A model generated the notes under the pieces. It saw nothing but the letters and a program-made list of their open reading frames with translations, did no database searches and was not told the DNA's origin. The translations under genes and the position numbers were made by a program. DNA of 37,692 nucleotides from Collodictyon triciliatum (Eukaryota): the NCBI GenBank assembly GCA_043381765.1, contig JBHJMP010000869.1, forward strand, positions 1-37,692. The letters are read 5' to 3'. Positions 1-18,500 of this stretch are shown one piece after another. How positions within the stretch are numbered: position 1 is the first letter of the stretch; every line of letters starts with the position of its first letter.

Positions 1-94
1 AAAACATAAAAAAACATAAAAAAACATAAAAAAACATAAAAAAACATAAAAAACATAAAAAAACAAAAAAAAACAAAAAAAAAACAAAAAAAAA

Positions 95-126
<32 letters not shown>

Positions 127-249
127 AAAAAAACAAAAAAACAAAAAAACAAAAAAACAAAAAAACAAAAAAACAAAAAAACAAAAAAACAAATAACAAA
201 AAACAAAAAAACAAAAAAACAGAATAACAAAATAAAAAAATAAAAAAAA
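1..249. repeat. A-rich degenerate tandem repeat: (A7CAT)n grading into (A6C)n and poly-A
   Basis: Directly visible periodic units; lies upstream of gene 1. Confidence 0.9.
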
Positions 250-344
250 GGACACGTGCCCTACTCTTGACAAGCGCCTTATTCCACCCAGAAAAACCAA
301 CACTTGTTACGAACGATAACAATACTGCTTGGCACCCTTTGAGC

Positions 345-1948
345 ATGCAGCCTGCAATCAACTATTCACTGCTCGGTTCGTCTGTTTTTCATTCCCAGGA
401 CTAAAAAACAGTAAAATAAATCCATATGCGTAGTTACTCCTCGTTACTATTCATAAGCTTCATTAATGTTACTGATATTAATTTGTTTTTTTTTTAATGT
501 ATTTGTTTTTATGATTCAGACGAACTTGTGATTGATCTGGTGAAGGAACAAAACGCACTACGCTTTGGGGAAAAAAGTACTTCGTCAAATAACCCAACAG
601 AAGTGTTGGCCTCCTTCCAGGTCATCATTTTATCAGTTTATTTATATGTCTTGGGAATCATATCTAGGGAAGCAGGAATACATAACACGTGCCGGATAAT
701 CAGTATTTAAAAGTCTCTTGCTTACTCGACTCACATCCTTTCTAAAACCATCCCTGTCTTATCTTAACCAAACATCAATCTGAAAACTTGCGTAGAAAAA
801 AGAATTGTGATTGATATTTAAATACCCTCCCAAAAACACTGAATTGTGTTTGCTTACTCGATACAGCACATACGGGAATGTATTGAAGATGGACATATGA
901 GCGAAGCTTTGGATGACGTGCATCCTTATCTTGACTCAATCTTTAACGAGGAAATTCGGTTTCTTCTCTATAAACAACAGGTTTTTACAGGCCATCATAT
1001 TTTTTTCTTACAATTTATTGTTTTAATGTCCCCAGTTTAATTTTATGAGTGAACCAAACGTCCTGCCCATGAAGTTGCCCAAGCTTTTGTGTGATATCTT
1101 TTTGCACAATCCGCATAATCTCATATTACTCTGCCGACTTTACTTTCTTCGGATTAGTTTGTTGAAATGTTACGAAAAGGAGAGTCAGTCGGTAAAGTCC
1201 TTGACATGTGCACTGAAAAACTTCGCCCACTCGCTCTCCACGCCACAGTTGACTCCTATCGAGATTTTCTTCAGTCTTTGCTAGTATTGGTCTACAAGGA
1301 CGAGGCCAAATCGCCCGCACTTGAAGAATGGTATGCATCTCGAGTTGGTAAAAATACCATGTGATTTTAGCTTTACAAAAATAATTACATTTCTTCTGAC
1401 TTGCCATGGATATATCATTGTGCTAAAAATAAAAAGTAGTTGTTCATGGGCGAAAGAAGAATAAGCACACTTTATTACAGGGATACGTCGCGCAGACTAA
1501 AGCTGGCCAATCTAGTCTACTCCTCACTCTGCAATGAATTTAATCGATACGATTGCCAGTTTTCGATGATGATAAGATACCTGGCAAGGATATTTGATGC
1601 GGCTCTGACGAAGGATGCAACCATAGCCGACCCACAGATCGATATTGTCATTCAGAAGCTATTGCGCTTTGATAAGGAAGCAGCTCCAAAGTCCATGGAA
1701 CATATGTCCAGGCTAATGAGCGGTGACAGAGACTCCACCACAATGATGAACGTCCTATCCATCACAAAGATGCAAGCAGCACAGGCGCTGCAATTCGGAA
1801 AGGGGAACATACAGAATGCCATCAGAAACGAATCCTTGCGCGTATCAGTTGATTTCCAAGTTTTATTTCCGTTGTTGAAAGAGTAAGTCTCGTGCTCCAG
1901 AATATGCGAGAATGATTTTGCTAGGTCAAATACGGATTAATGCGCGTC

Positions 1949-1979
<31 letters not shown>

Positions 1980-3730
1980 ATCCTTTGCAGTTTAAGGGAG
2001 TCAAGAAAAATCATATTTACTCAGTATTTAATTTTTCCTTCTACCTGTAGGTATTGTGACTTTCGGGGGCTGATTTGTGATGGATTCGATAACTTTCTCT
2101 TTGATGCATCTCCGCCAACAGAAGCTCACCAAGATTTGATGTATGGGGATGTAAAATATTCATAATACACACTATCCTCTGAAGAACGGTTGTTGAACAA
2201 GATATATATCTCCAAAAAAAAAAAAGCAAAATTTTCATTTGCTCACGAATTAAGTTCATTCTCTTTTTCAAAGGAACATCAGGTCTTTGAGCCAGAGGAA
2301 GCAATTTGATAAAGTGTTGGATATCCTCTCGTTGAAATACCATCAGTTTCTATCGGAGGACAAAAGCACACATTTTTCTCTCATTCAGGCGACATATTTG
2401 GAAATGCTGATGTCCGGACGCACTGATGAGGCACTTACTTTTTCAAACGAATCGTTTGGTACGAAAAAAAAAAAAAAGAAGAGGGAGAAAATATGACAAT
2501 TTCAACAGGATACATCATCCGTTCGCTGTTATTCTTCAATAAAGTCAGATAGATTTCATGTTTTTTTTTCTTTCATAAAAATAGCTTGAAGTAATAATTT
2601 CAAATTGAATATCTGTAGCACCGTTTGTCATGTCAAATCCACAGTTTTACCAGCAGTTTCGGGACACTGTAATAACTTAACTATCGAAGAAGGCCCAACT
2701 ATGAAACATAACTTTATTTAAAGCAATTATGGAAAATTCCGAACTGCACACAAAAACAACTAAAACTTTCTCCACGACTTATACCTTGTATATTTGATGA
2801 AGACTGTTATGATAATATTTGATGCCAAGGCGATTCAAGAAAGTCTGTTGTATAAATCTGTAAGCCTCTTCCGGATGCTGAGATCTCTACCTCACTCACT
2901 TCTTTTATTTATTCAAACATATATAAATGAATCGACATATTCATGCGCAACAGTATCTTTAAAAAACTAGAATCTCAGATGAAGTCTATCACCACAAAAC
3001 GACAGAATTACTTACATGTGTCTCTATTCAACGATGACTAAATTTAATTTTTATCTTATTATTTTACTATTAAAAAAAAAACAGAGATATTAAATCTGCC
3101 TTCTCAATCCCAAATAATGAAATGACGCAGTTAAACCTCGACGCTCTCGTCGCAGACATCAACACCGGCCTTGTAAAGTTCCTATCGATCCAAGAACCCC
3201 GTCTTGTCTGCGTCCTTAATCGCCTGCTTTCCTGCCACACGAAATGGTTCCAAACACAAAAACTCGACGATCCGTTCGTATTCCTCATTATTATTACTTT
3301 TTTTTTTTTTGCATGCACACGCTTATTCACCGCGTCGGCGAACCCACTTTGCATTTACCTTTTAACATCCTCTGAATCAAAAAAAGCAATGATATCAAAA
3401 CAAAACAAACCAAAACAAAGCAAGTTGAAAGAACCTATGTTCAAAAAAAAAAATAGTTTCAAGAACCTATTCCCCATCGAGCAACTCAAGAGGCTCGATT
3501 CGCTCAAGTCCGAAGCATCATCCAAAGCTCCATCCGCGAATGAGTCCCAATCCGCACAACCTGCATCGTCTGCAGCATCGTCGCCGGCTCAGGCAACTCC
3601 GCTGAATCTCTCAGAAGACAGTATTCTCCTCATCATGGAAATCGCGGGCATCTCGCGCGGTGAGGCGCTCGCTTATCTCGTTCGCTTCAATGGGGACATG
3701 GATGCCATCATCACGTCCTTTTTTCCGTAG
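345..3730 (+). CDS. Multi-exon gene for a duplicated CTLH/CRA-domain protein with internal and C-terminal UBA-like motifs (plant At5g66810-like family)
   Basis: Exons join in frame with GT-AG introns: 345-375, 520-620, 867-980, 1158-1330, 1481-1882, 2051-~2140, 2274-~2458, ~2619-2668, 2803-~2839, ~3085-3273, 3457-3730 (one small exon near 2979-3020 uncertain). Motifs: MQPAINYSLLDELVIDLVKEQN; IRECIEDGHMSEAL...FLLYKQQFVEMLRKG (CTLH); WDTSRRLKLANLV...DCQFSMMIRYL (CRA); ALQFGKGNIQNAIRNE...LLKEYCDFRGLI; second CTLH; C-terminal SEDSILLIMEIAGISRGEALAYLVRFNGDMDAIITSFF*. Family assignment is from memory. Confidence 0.85.
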
Positions 3731-3762
3731 CCGCGCAGCCCGCAAATAGTTCTCTGAATGCC

Positions 3763-3765
3763 AAA

Positions 3766-3852
<87 letters not shown>

Positions 3853-3868
3853 GAAGGAAGGAAAAGAA
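3763..3868. repeat. (GAAA)n microsatellite
   Basis: About 21 perfect units just after the stop codon of gene 1. Confidence 0.97.
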
Positions 3869-4312
3869 AGAGAACAAGAGAGTTAGATAGGATAGTAGCA
3901 CTCTCAACCCTTCTCATGTTCTTCCAATTATTTATTTTTCAATTATTTTTTCTTATTTTTATGTGGCATTTTTAAGAAAATCTCGGGAAAAAAAAAGTAG
4001 CGAAAAAAAAAATATAGCAGGGAAAAATAACGGTGTTTGAGAATTTAATTTGGTTGATTTGATTCGCAGACAAATCAGAATTTCGAATCGCGCAGGAATC
4101 AAATAAACACAGAGCGAAGCGAAAGGAAATCCTTTCAAGCTTTTGCAAATAACGCGGAGAGTAAAAGCAAGAGAAATAGAGAGAGAGAGAGCGGGAGAGT
4201 GGACAGAGACTTTGTGTTTCTTTCCTCAGAAACTTGTTGGCTGCACTGAAAAGCTTTCACAGGGAAAGAAAAAAAGAAAAAGAAAAAAAAAAAGAGGTCA
4301 GCGAGAAAAGAA

Positions 4313-9727
<5,415 letters not shown>

Positions 9728-10358
9728 ACAGGCGACATGGCGCGATAGTCAAAGTGGCGAAACTCCCCAAAAAACAAAAAAAGGAAAAAAAAGAAAAAAG
9801 AAAAAAGGAGGGGAGTGAGGAAAAAATAATAATGCTGCCTTCAACCGCTTTGACATACACCAGTTTTCTTTCCCATCCCAGCAAGACTTTTTTTTTCTGC
9901 CACCCAAACCGCAGACTTCTCTCCTTCGCTCTCTCTCTCTTTTTCTCTTGGTTCTTCATTGTTGATTGGATGCTTCAGTGCAACTGAACCAAAGGCACGG
10001 AACATGTGAAGACATCGCTGAAATAACCAACTTTCATCAGCATTTTCCTCCGATTCCCTAAAGAAGAAAAGATTATGTTGTTTCGTTTTTCTTTTTCTTC
10101 CATTCCTTTCATACTCGGCTTCTGCACTTATTCGGAGTGTATAAGCGCTGTTCTGCCAATCTTCATAATCTCGTTCTTTGATGAAACCAGGATAATCCGA
10201 AGCAAAAAGAGAGAAAAAAAAAACAGGAAAAGAATAAGGGAGCGAAGGAACCAATCGGATGAGAGCCTATGATGAAACGAAAGGCAATAACGAGAATGCA
10301 TGATATGTATTAAGCAATCGAATCTACTGCACGAGTATGAGCCCGGATTGTTGCGTTT

Positions 10359-13300
10359 TTATTTGGTTTCATGTATTTCCTTAGAGACCTTCCAAACACT
10401 TGTCCCATCTTTCTGGTCCTGCGCAAATCACATAACAAGTCGGAAAAGTGAATGGAAAGGATGGCTTGCAAGTCAAAGACAATCACAACCTCATGTTGCG
10501 CTGCGTAACCAGTAAAGACATTGCAAACCTCGATTCTATATCCAAGAGAAGGCAGAGTCTCGTCACGAAGTCGGTCGCATTGCTGGAAAAGGCCGCTGAT
10601 GTCCTTCTGCTTCGCAAGGCTGCGTACCTGTCTCCGGAAGTCCAGCATCGCATCCACCAATCTGCCTGCGTCCTGATTCCATGAATATAATAATAATAAA
10701 ATTGTCAGCTAAGTAGCCTTGATATTGAAGAAATATAAGCACCATTTTTCTTATAAAAAGGATACTGCTACGATTAATTCCGTTTTATGCAAAGATTAGA
10801 TAAAATGAAAAAGAAAACCAATTTAGATAAAATTAAGACTTGTGTCGGGTTTGTGTGGTTCTGTGACGGGTGAAACATCTGATGGGATAACCCAAAGTTC
10901 ATCAGAGTGCGCTCTATCAAATCCTCTGCGTCTTGGATGAGGCCTGATTGGGTGCCCTTGAATAGAATATGATTCAGGTATCAGTCAGAGTGGTGGATGT
11001 TGTATGACAAAAAACAGGGAATGAAAACAGAATTTGTAGTTAACGATGCAAAAGAGAAGAAAAATAAATACTACCCCTGTTCAAATCGGTGTCAAGCGGT
11101 CGTTAGTCAAAGCGCCATGGATGAAGGAGCAATAAATGGTAGGTAAAGCCGACGCGAGGTTTGAAAAGTGTATCAAAGAATATTTGTTTAATAGCGCATG
11201 AAAGCATTACAGTGAAGAAAAATGGTAAAACATCTTTTAAAATAGAAAAAAAAATGTGTATATATGACAATCTTTGATTGTTTCTTTTAATTTTGATTTT
11301 CTGGACAGAACGAATCACCTCCCACAGAAATGTACTTATTCACATCACTAATCAGAGTCATGATAATGCGAATAACTCGGGGAGTGTCGAAATCATCACA
11401 CAAAGCATCATGAATATTATGCCGATAGTCTGTGATTCTGGCGTTAATGCGATAGTTTTAACAGTTTAACCAACATTAGCATATTTCTATGCATATTACG
11501 AAAGATTTTGCTTGCGTCCAGAAAACACGTTCTTGAAATTAAATGGGAAACCAAAATGTGATGTTAATTGAAAACATGTGTAAACGAAAAGAAAAAAACT
11601 AAAGAAGCGAACGATGTGTTAACTAAATCGTATTATTACAGTCTTTGAAGCTCCCTTTCATTTTGTGTCCATTTTCGGAGAGGCGGGTGTTGCTCCTTCC
11701 GCTTCAAAACTCTAAAATTATTGATAAGCTTATATCTGATTCTGGTTTTGAGTGGCGATTCGCTTTCCGACGTGGCAGTATGTAAAATTAAAATATAGAG
11801 GCTATATTTCGTGTTAAATATTCACAGTTTAGGTCTTAAACAAACGCTGTGTTTTGGAAGAACTCTTTGATTTTCCTCTCTGTGCCGGTAACAAGTTCCA
11901 TAGATTCTGGATGAAAGGACATCGTCGTGTTGTACTGATGCAGAAGGCACAAGAGCCTCCATTGGTCGGCAGAGTGAGACTTCAAAAACTCCTACATTTT
12001 GGATATATGCAGCACATTGTCATTCCCTAGGATAAGCCACACCGTGTTTTTTATGGTTACTTTAAATATTGTACAAAGGCATAAATTTCGGATGCATCTC
12101 ATTGTGCAAATGAATTGATCTCATAACAAGTGGCACCTGGATTGTGATAAAGTTCTTTAACGACTTTGACATTTTCCTTCCTTCGATGTGAAGATGACCT
12201 GGCGAAAAGATGAATAGATGAATTATGAATAAATTACTGGGCACGTGGTTGAGTCAAACAGTCTGAAATTTTTTCTATTGAGAGCCAATAAAATTCAGTC
12301 TTCTTTGCTCGTGTCTGGTAAATGACAGATGAGTTACAAACGACAATGCGATTTTCTTAATCGATGTAATTAAAGAAAAAAAACCTGAGTGCAAAAAGTA
12401 ATTCACCCACTGCTCGACGCCAAAAGCACCTTCACATTGAAAAAGCTCATTTTCGTGGTGTGGGAACTTTAAATCAATTCCACCAGAGTGCATATCAAGA
12501 TACTTGCCGAATAATGACCTAGTCAGTATCAAATCCATATAAATTGTACCTCGACTACAAATTTCTGCAGTGATTTTTTTGATTAAAAAAATGACATACA
12601 AAAAAAATTACTTAACATCGTGAATACAGAATATATATATATACACTATAAATGCAAATGATACTGCGTTATTTAGTACACTTGAAAAAAGACTTTATGG
12701 TATCCTATACACACCCACACATGGCCGAGCATTCAATATGCCATCCTGGGCGACCATGACCCCACGGCGATTGCCAACCAGGGGAATCAGTGGATGTGTT
12801 TTTCCACAGAGCAAAATCACGCGGCGATTTTTTATCCTGAGAGTACCCTTCATCTGTCGAGCGAAGAGTTGATTGATATTTTGCAAGTATTGTATCAAAA
12901 GAAGAGTACTGCGCAATCGAAACTGCAGTCTTGTGATGAATTATTCAAGGTGTTTATTTCTTTTGTTGATTGTTTCTTGTTTCTGTAAATTTTTTGAGTT
13001 TTTTTTTTTTGTTAAATATCCAAGAACCTTGGAAATCATCAGTGTTTTCTGGTAAGCTACGAGACGGGTCGAGTTTTCCCTGTGAATTTTTTAAGAGACA
13101 GTTTAGTTGTTAAATTTATACCACTGAAAGAAAAGACTTTACTCGACAGCTTCTGATGAACGTGATCAAACATATTCCTCATAGTGCCACAGATTATATC
13201 TTCGTTTCATCAGCATTCGATGACTTTTGTTGCATTAATAGTGAAGCAAACCTTTCCATTTCGGAGGCTGGGAATGTTGAAATATACAGAACCGGAGGAA

Positions 13301-14073
13301 ACATATGCGTGCCCCTGTGAATTTGGGTGTTTGAAATGATAGGAATATATATGTACAAATTTTGAAGACGCGAGGGCATGTGAAGTAGTTTATTGGTGAA
13401 ATGTCGGGATAATCTACATATTGTTAAGAATTTCGAGAAAACAGTTTTGTTTTGTTTTGTTTTGTTTTGTTTTATGTTTTTTGTTTTAAAAAAGTGCTAT
13501 AATAACGATAGATGCAACAAGTAGTAAAATGAGCGACCTTTTCAAGCAATTTGGTCGTCATATCTATGATGTCGGGTATGTGTTCGGTGACCCTTGTATA
13601 GGCCGAAGGAGGAAGAACCTGTATTCAAGATTTCGATTTAACGGAATTAAAATTAATTACCAGTGATAAATACCGTGTATCAGATAAATAGAGGCCTTCT
13701 TTAGAATTTTACTTTCATTCAACTGAAAAGATTAATAATGCATGTATATATTCATATATATTTCAATTCATGTTCACGCATCCACATCCTCTGTTTATCG
13801 TCATAAAAAAGACGATAAAATAGAAATTGAAATGAAATAAATATCTGAAACTAAAATGAAATGAAATATATATTAAAATTACGTTTAAGTTATTCATGTC
13901 TCGAATAAAGTCCCCCTCAAACTTCCTAGCGAGTTCCAACCACTGCGTCTTTGTTTCTGCAGCCTTGTTTATTATCTTGTCATCCACGTCGGTCATTCCA
14001 ACGACAAGGAATATGTTGCAAGCGAAGTGATTTGTGAGGATTCGACGAATAATATCGAAGCTCACATAAGTTC
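10359..14073 (-). CDS. CARS2: Cysteinyl-tRNA synthetase (class I), probably mitochondrial/CARS2-type; 5' end lost in the assembly gap
   Basis: Spliced motifs: [148 protein letters not shown]; stop at 10361-10359. The lack of the long cytosolic C-terminal extension suggests the organellar type (inference). Confidence 0.92.
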
Positions 14074-14517
14074 NNNNNNNNNNNNNNNNNNNNNNNNNNN
14101 NNNNNNNNNNNNNNNNNNNNNNNNNNNNNNNNNNNNNNNNNNNNNNNNNNNNNNNNNNNNNNNNNNNNNNNNNNNNNNNNNNNNNNNNNNNNNNNNNNNN
14201 NNNNNNNNNNNNNNNNNNNNNNNNNNNNNNNNNNNNNNNNNNNNNNNNNNNNNNNNNNNNNNNNNNNNNNNNNNNNNNNNNNNNNNNNNNNNNNNNNNNN
14301 NNNNNNNNNNNNNNNNNNNNNNNNNNNNNNNNNNNNNNNNNNNNNNNNNNNNNNNNNNNNNNNNNNNNNNNNNNNNNNNNNNNNNNNNNNNNNNNNNNNN
14401 NNNNNNNNNNNNNNNNNNNNNNNNNNNNNNNNNNNNNNNNNNNNNNNNNNNNNNNNNNNNNNNNNNNNNNNNNNNNNNNNNNNNNNNNNNNNNNNNNNNN
14501 NNNNNNNNNNNNNNNNN
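14074..14517. other. Assembly gap (444 N)
   Basis: Run of N; hides the CysRS N-terminus, including the HIGH motif. Confidence 1.
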
Positions 14518-14659
14518 CCTCGGGTCCATATAAAGGATACAAACTCTAATATTCTAACCGCTCATGATGATAATCGACAGGCGTTTTCAGAGGATGGTTT
14601 CTTTTCCTTCCAATTTTTTAGTTGAATATTGATGAAATGCCCATTCTGACAAATATAAT

Positions 14660-15459
14660 ATGATGACAGATTCGCCTTCTCGACAACCTTCATCAAAAAT
14701 TCACGAATCTTATCCTACTGTAACTTTCGGAAAAATAGGAAAGGATGAAAAACCGAAATATGTACTTTTTTTTTCCTACTTTATGTTTGGGAGTTTCTTT
14801 TTCTTTTTCTTTCTTTTTTTTGAATTCGATTTTTACTTTTTTTTTTTTTAGTATATGAACGATTAATGCGTTTCTCTACACTCCATTACAAAGGAAAACG
14901 CTACATTCAGCGCAGATTTCTCCTCTGACCTGAGTTCCGAAGCCACAGATGATTTTGATGTAATATTAAAATTACATATGGGATTTCATAAGCGTTTTTT
15001 TTTTCCCCTTATCTTTGAAAATATTTTATGATTCTTGTCTTTATTCTTTTTTTAGGGTAAAAAATACTTAAAAATTAATTTTTGTACTCATTCCATAGGA
15101 TTGTCTCCCTTTAGAATTTGGTGATGCTGTAACTCCTAGGTATTCATTTCGAAAGTTAGAAAGAACTATGATTGATCATTCTAGAACTTGTGCTATGGAA
15201 TAATGTAGATTAGGGAGAATTATATCCTGCCTTATGACTAAATAAAATAATATATTTGTTGTAAAAATCATGCTATGAAGACCTGGGATATCTGTGCCTA
15301 TGCAAACGCCTGTACAGTTCTACGCGTTTTTGAACAAGAATCAGTCGATTGATATCATGGAAAAGCTTAACTCTCATCTAAAATTAAATGAGAATGGGTA
15401 ACGACCTTTCCTTATATGACTGACCACACCTCGAATGATTTTCTCAGAAAAAACGAAAA

Positions 15460-15534
<75 letters not shown>

Positions 15535-18500
15535 TGCCAATTTTAAATTGTATCCCACCTCTAACTACAAGATGGGTTGAGCAATATCACTCTCTCGGTG
15601 GCATGGACCAACTGATGGGGATATTCTCAACTGAAAAGCAAGGAGCGACGTATTGCTTTCCCTATGATGCGCCAACGATGTAGCATTTCATAAGATTTAT
15701 GATTCATTTGGAGGCTGATCACTTTTTTCAAAAAAAATATCACAGTGCTACTGCATCCTCGAAGGCATTGGATTGCATCCTGTCTATGCTTTCGAAATTG
15801 GTAAAAAAAAAAAAAAAAAAAAAAAATTTTTTAAAATTTTTTAAAATTTTAAAATTTTTTTTTTTTATTTTTGTTTTTGAAATATAAAAAAAAAAAAAAA
15901 AAAAAAAGCACATTCTAACATCATTCAAATATTCATACCTTTTTTTTTTTGTCATGTTTGTGTGTGAACTAGCATAACATGTCAATCTGTACTGAATCTT
16001 TCTTGATTTATGCAGAATAACTCACAACTATCCCAAGTAACGTACCGGCTTCTTCGTATTGTGTGTATAGCACTGTCAGGAAGCTCATCAAGTGTAAGAA
16101 GTGATTCGCATATAATTTTCTTTACTAGATTATGCATTATGAAATTTGAAAACCTTAAAGATTTTAAGATGAATGCCATGTTTATTAATTGTGTCATCTG
16201 TATATATAATTCAGAAAAAAATATATCCAATTTATCTAAATAATAGAACATTGACGGATGGATTCTGCTGGAGAATATAATAAAAGTTTCGATCGACCGC
16301 GATGTTATCTTGACGGGCCTCTACGATAATATATCATCACATGCACCGATTGAAATCCCCATATCTTACTATAAGGATGCACTGAGCTCGGAAAATCAGA
16401 GAATATTGGTTGGTTTATCTTTTATGGTACTTGAATGGTAACTTTCTATGACTATTGGCTCAGTGCTATCAAAGCTGTTTATGTTTTTTTTTTCTTTTGC
16501 AGAAAGTATCCTTGTCCATAGTTCGACTGCTTCTGGCTCACCCGAGGAGATTCCCAGCATTTTTGAATGAGTTTCGCCAGCATAATCTTGACTCCTCTAT
16601 TATAGTACATGTTTACGTATTGTCACATTTTTAACGAAAAATATCAATACAAAAGTAGGATATGTTAATTTCATATGTAATTTTAGATATCAGAGTCCGA
16701 CCAGGTTGATGTTATAGAACTGAAAAAAGAGATTTTGTCATCTGCGTGCACAACTGAAGAGTGGGTCTCATACCTTTGAATTTAGTTTTATTTTAAGACA
16801 ATATATCGCCACTTTTCTTGTTTATATTTATCTGACCGTCAAATGTCACTGCAAAATAGAATATTGACATCTCAAGGAGAATCGGAAATAACAACATCAA
16901 CGACATCAACAAAATCTTTAAAACAAAATGACGCTATCGATATATTACTACAAGGTCAGTAAATTTCTAATCATTTACATTTTTCAATAGCATTTAGTTA
17001 CTTTATGCATGAATTGTTTACTTTTATCTAACCGGAGCTGCATGCCTTTGCATCCACAGACTGTCGTGCCAAGAATCACTCCCGATCGTAATTTTTTTTT
17101 TAAAAAAAAAAAACATTACATGCTATAGATTAAACGGTTGTTTTTGGTATACCTAAAACCACCAGAGGTATTAATTTTAAACATCTCGGTCATTTAGCGA
17201 TGAAATTATGACTTTTCTAAACGATTGTGTCGCCCCAATCCTCTGTAGCGCTGATAAAACAGACGATAACATAAAAGAACGTAATCCAAACTTCTCATAT
17301 CCCTGAACGATATTTTTGCCATCGAGTTCTTTTGTCAAAGAAAATAAAGATATTGAATTTGGTTAAAATACTTCGATGTATTATAATACCTAGGAATAGC
17401 GGATGAGTTGTATGCATATTCCTCCAGCTACAAGCAGCTTGTTTCTCAGGTTACTGTCATGCAATCTCAGCTGCTCCATATTTTGACTTTTGGACATACC
17501 CCTGTTCAAATATTTTCAGTCAAATTCTTGTCTTTAGCAACATCACTGATGTTGTTTTTACAGAGCATGTAATAATTCTGAATTCTATTTCGAAAATTTC
17601 AGTATGAATTATCTAAAGAGGATGTTAGAAAACTGCAAACCGAGGTGCTTCAGCTTCAGAGTAAAGTAATCTCGCTAACTTGAATTGGATTTTACTATCA
17701 CCCGTTTTATCATAATTAGCATCATGTCACTAATATTAGTATTAGTAATAAAAACGTCCTATGTATGCATCGCTATAGATTATGTCATATTCCCAGAAAA
17801 GAGTTGATGCCTGCGTTATGACCGATGTGGTATTTACACATATCTTGCTCGATGCCCTGCCTTCTGGATCACCAGTCAAACGATATATATATATATTTTA
17901 TGGATTCTTCCTAATCTGAATAGGTCAGGGTTGAAATGGACACGATCAACAGAAAAAATACATCTCCGATGGCGCTAAGGTATGGAGAAACGAAATCATG
18001 ATTTGTTATGCATTCTCTCGTTTGCGGCTTGTAATAGTCGTATATTTGTTAATACCAAAAGCCAAAACCAAAAAAAAAAAAAAAACTATCTTCCCATACT
18101 TTTTCATCCACTCTTATAGATACTCTGATATCCAAGGAAGGGTAGATGAATCTCTGATGTCATTGGTGAGTTTTTATTTTTCTACTTTTTTTTTTGTCAA
18201 AATAAGATAAAATGAAGTGTATTTTTTCCGTTAAAAAGAATTTCCCAATATTTTCGAATTAATATTATCATAAATTGGTTCATGAAGGTGTTACAACTCT
18301 GTTGAGTTCCTCAATTTTTAATCATCAATATGACTAGGGATGAATAGGACATGGATTGTTTCTTGTAATGACAAAAATAATTCATTAGGAAATGAGTCGC
18401 TCCAGAAGCGCATCCAGAAGAAGATCGGGACTTCCAACTGACTATGGCAGTAAATCCACTACATCTGAAGCTAAACTATCAACAATGAAGAGGAATGCCA

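Noticed and set aside
1-249. Telomeric repeat at the window start
   Set aside because: Units are heterogeneous A-rich slippage products with no G/C-rich telomere motif.
10756-10765. GTATCCTTTT on the minus strand (U12 donor consensus); similar motifs at ~14540 and ~31453
   Set aside because: Those at 10765 and 31453 lie inside introns already explained by ordinary GT-AG boundaries; the one near 14540 abuts the gap and cannot be tied to an exon.
13167-13184. Possible 6-nt microexon (GAATAT) restoring YGKL in CysRS
   Set aside because: The direct join [13 protein letters not shown] already has the expected length, and the acceptor would be a poor GAG.
14518-14659. Bidirectional promoter between CysRS and the formin
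   Set aside because: The head-to-head arrangement is plausible, but the gap hides the CysRS start and the true distance.
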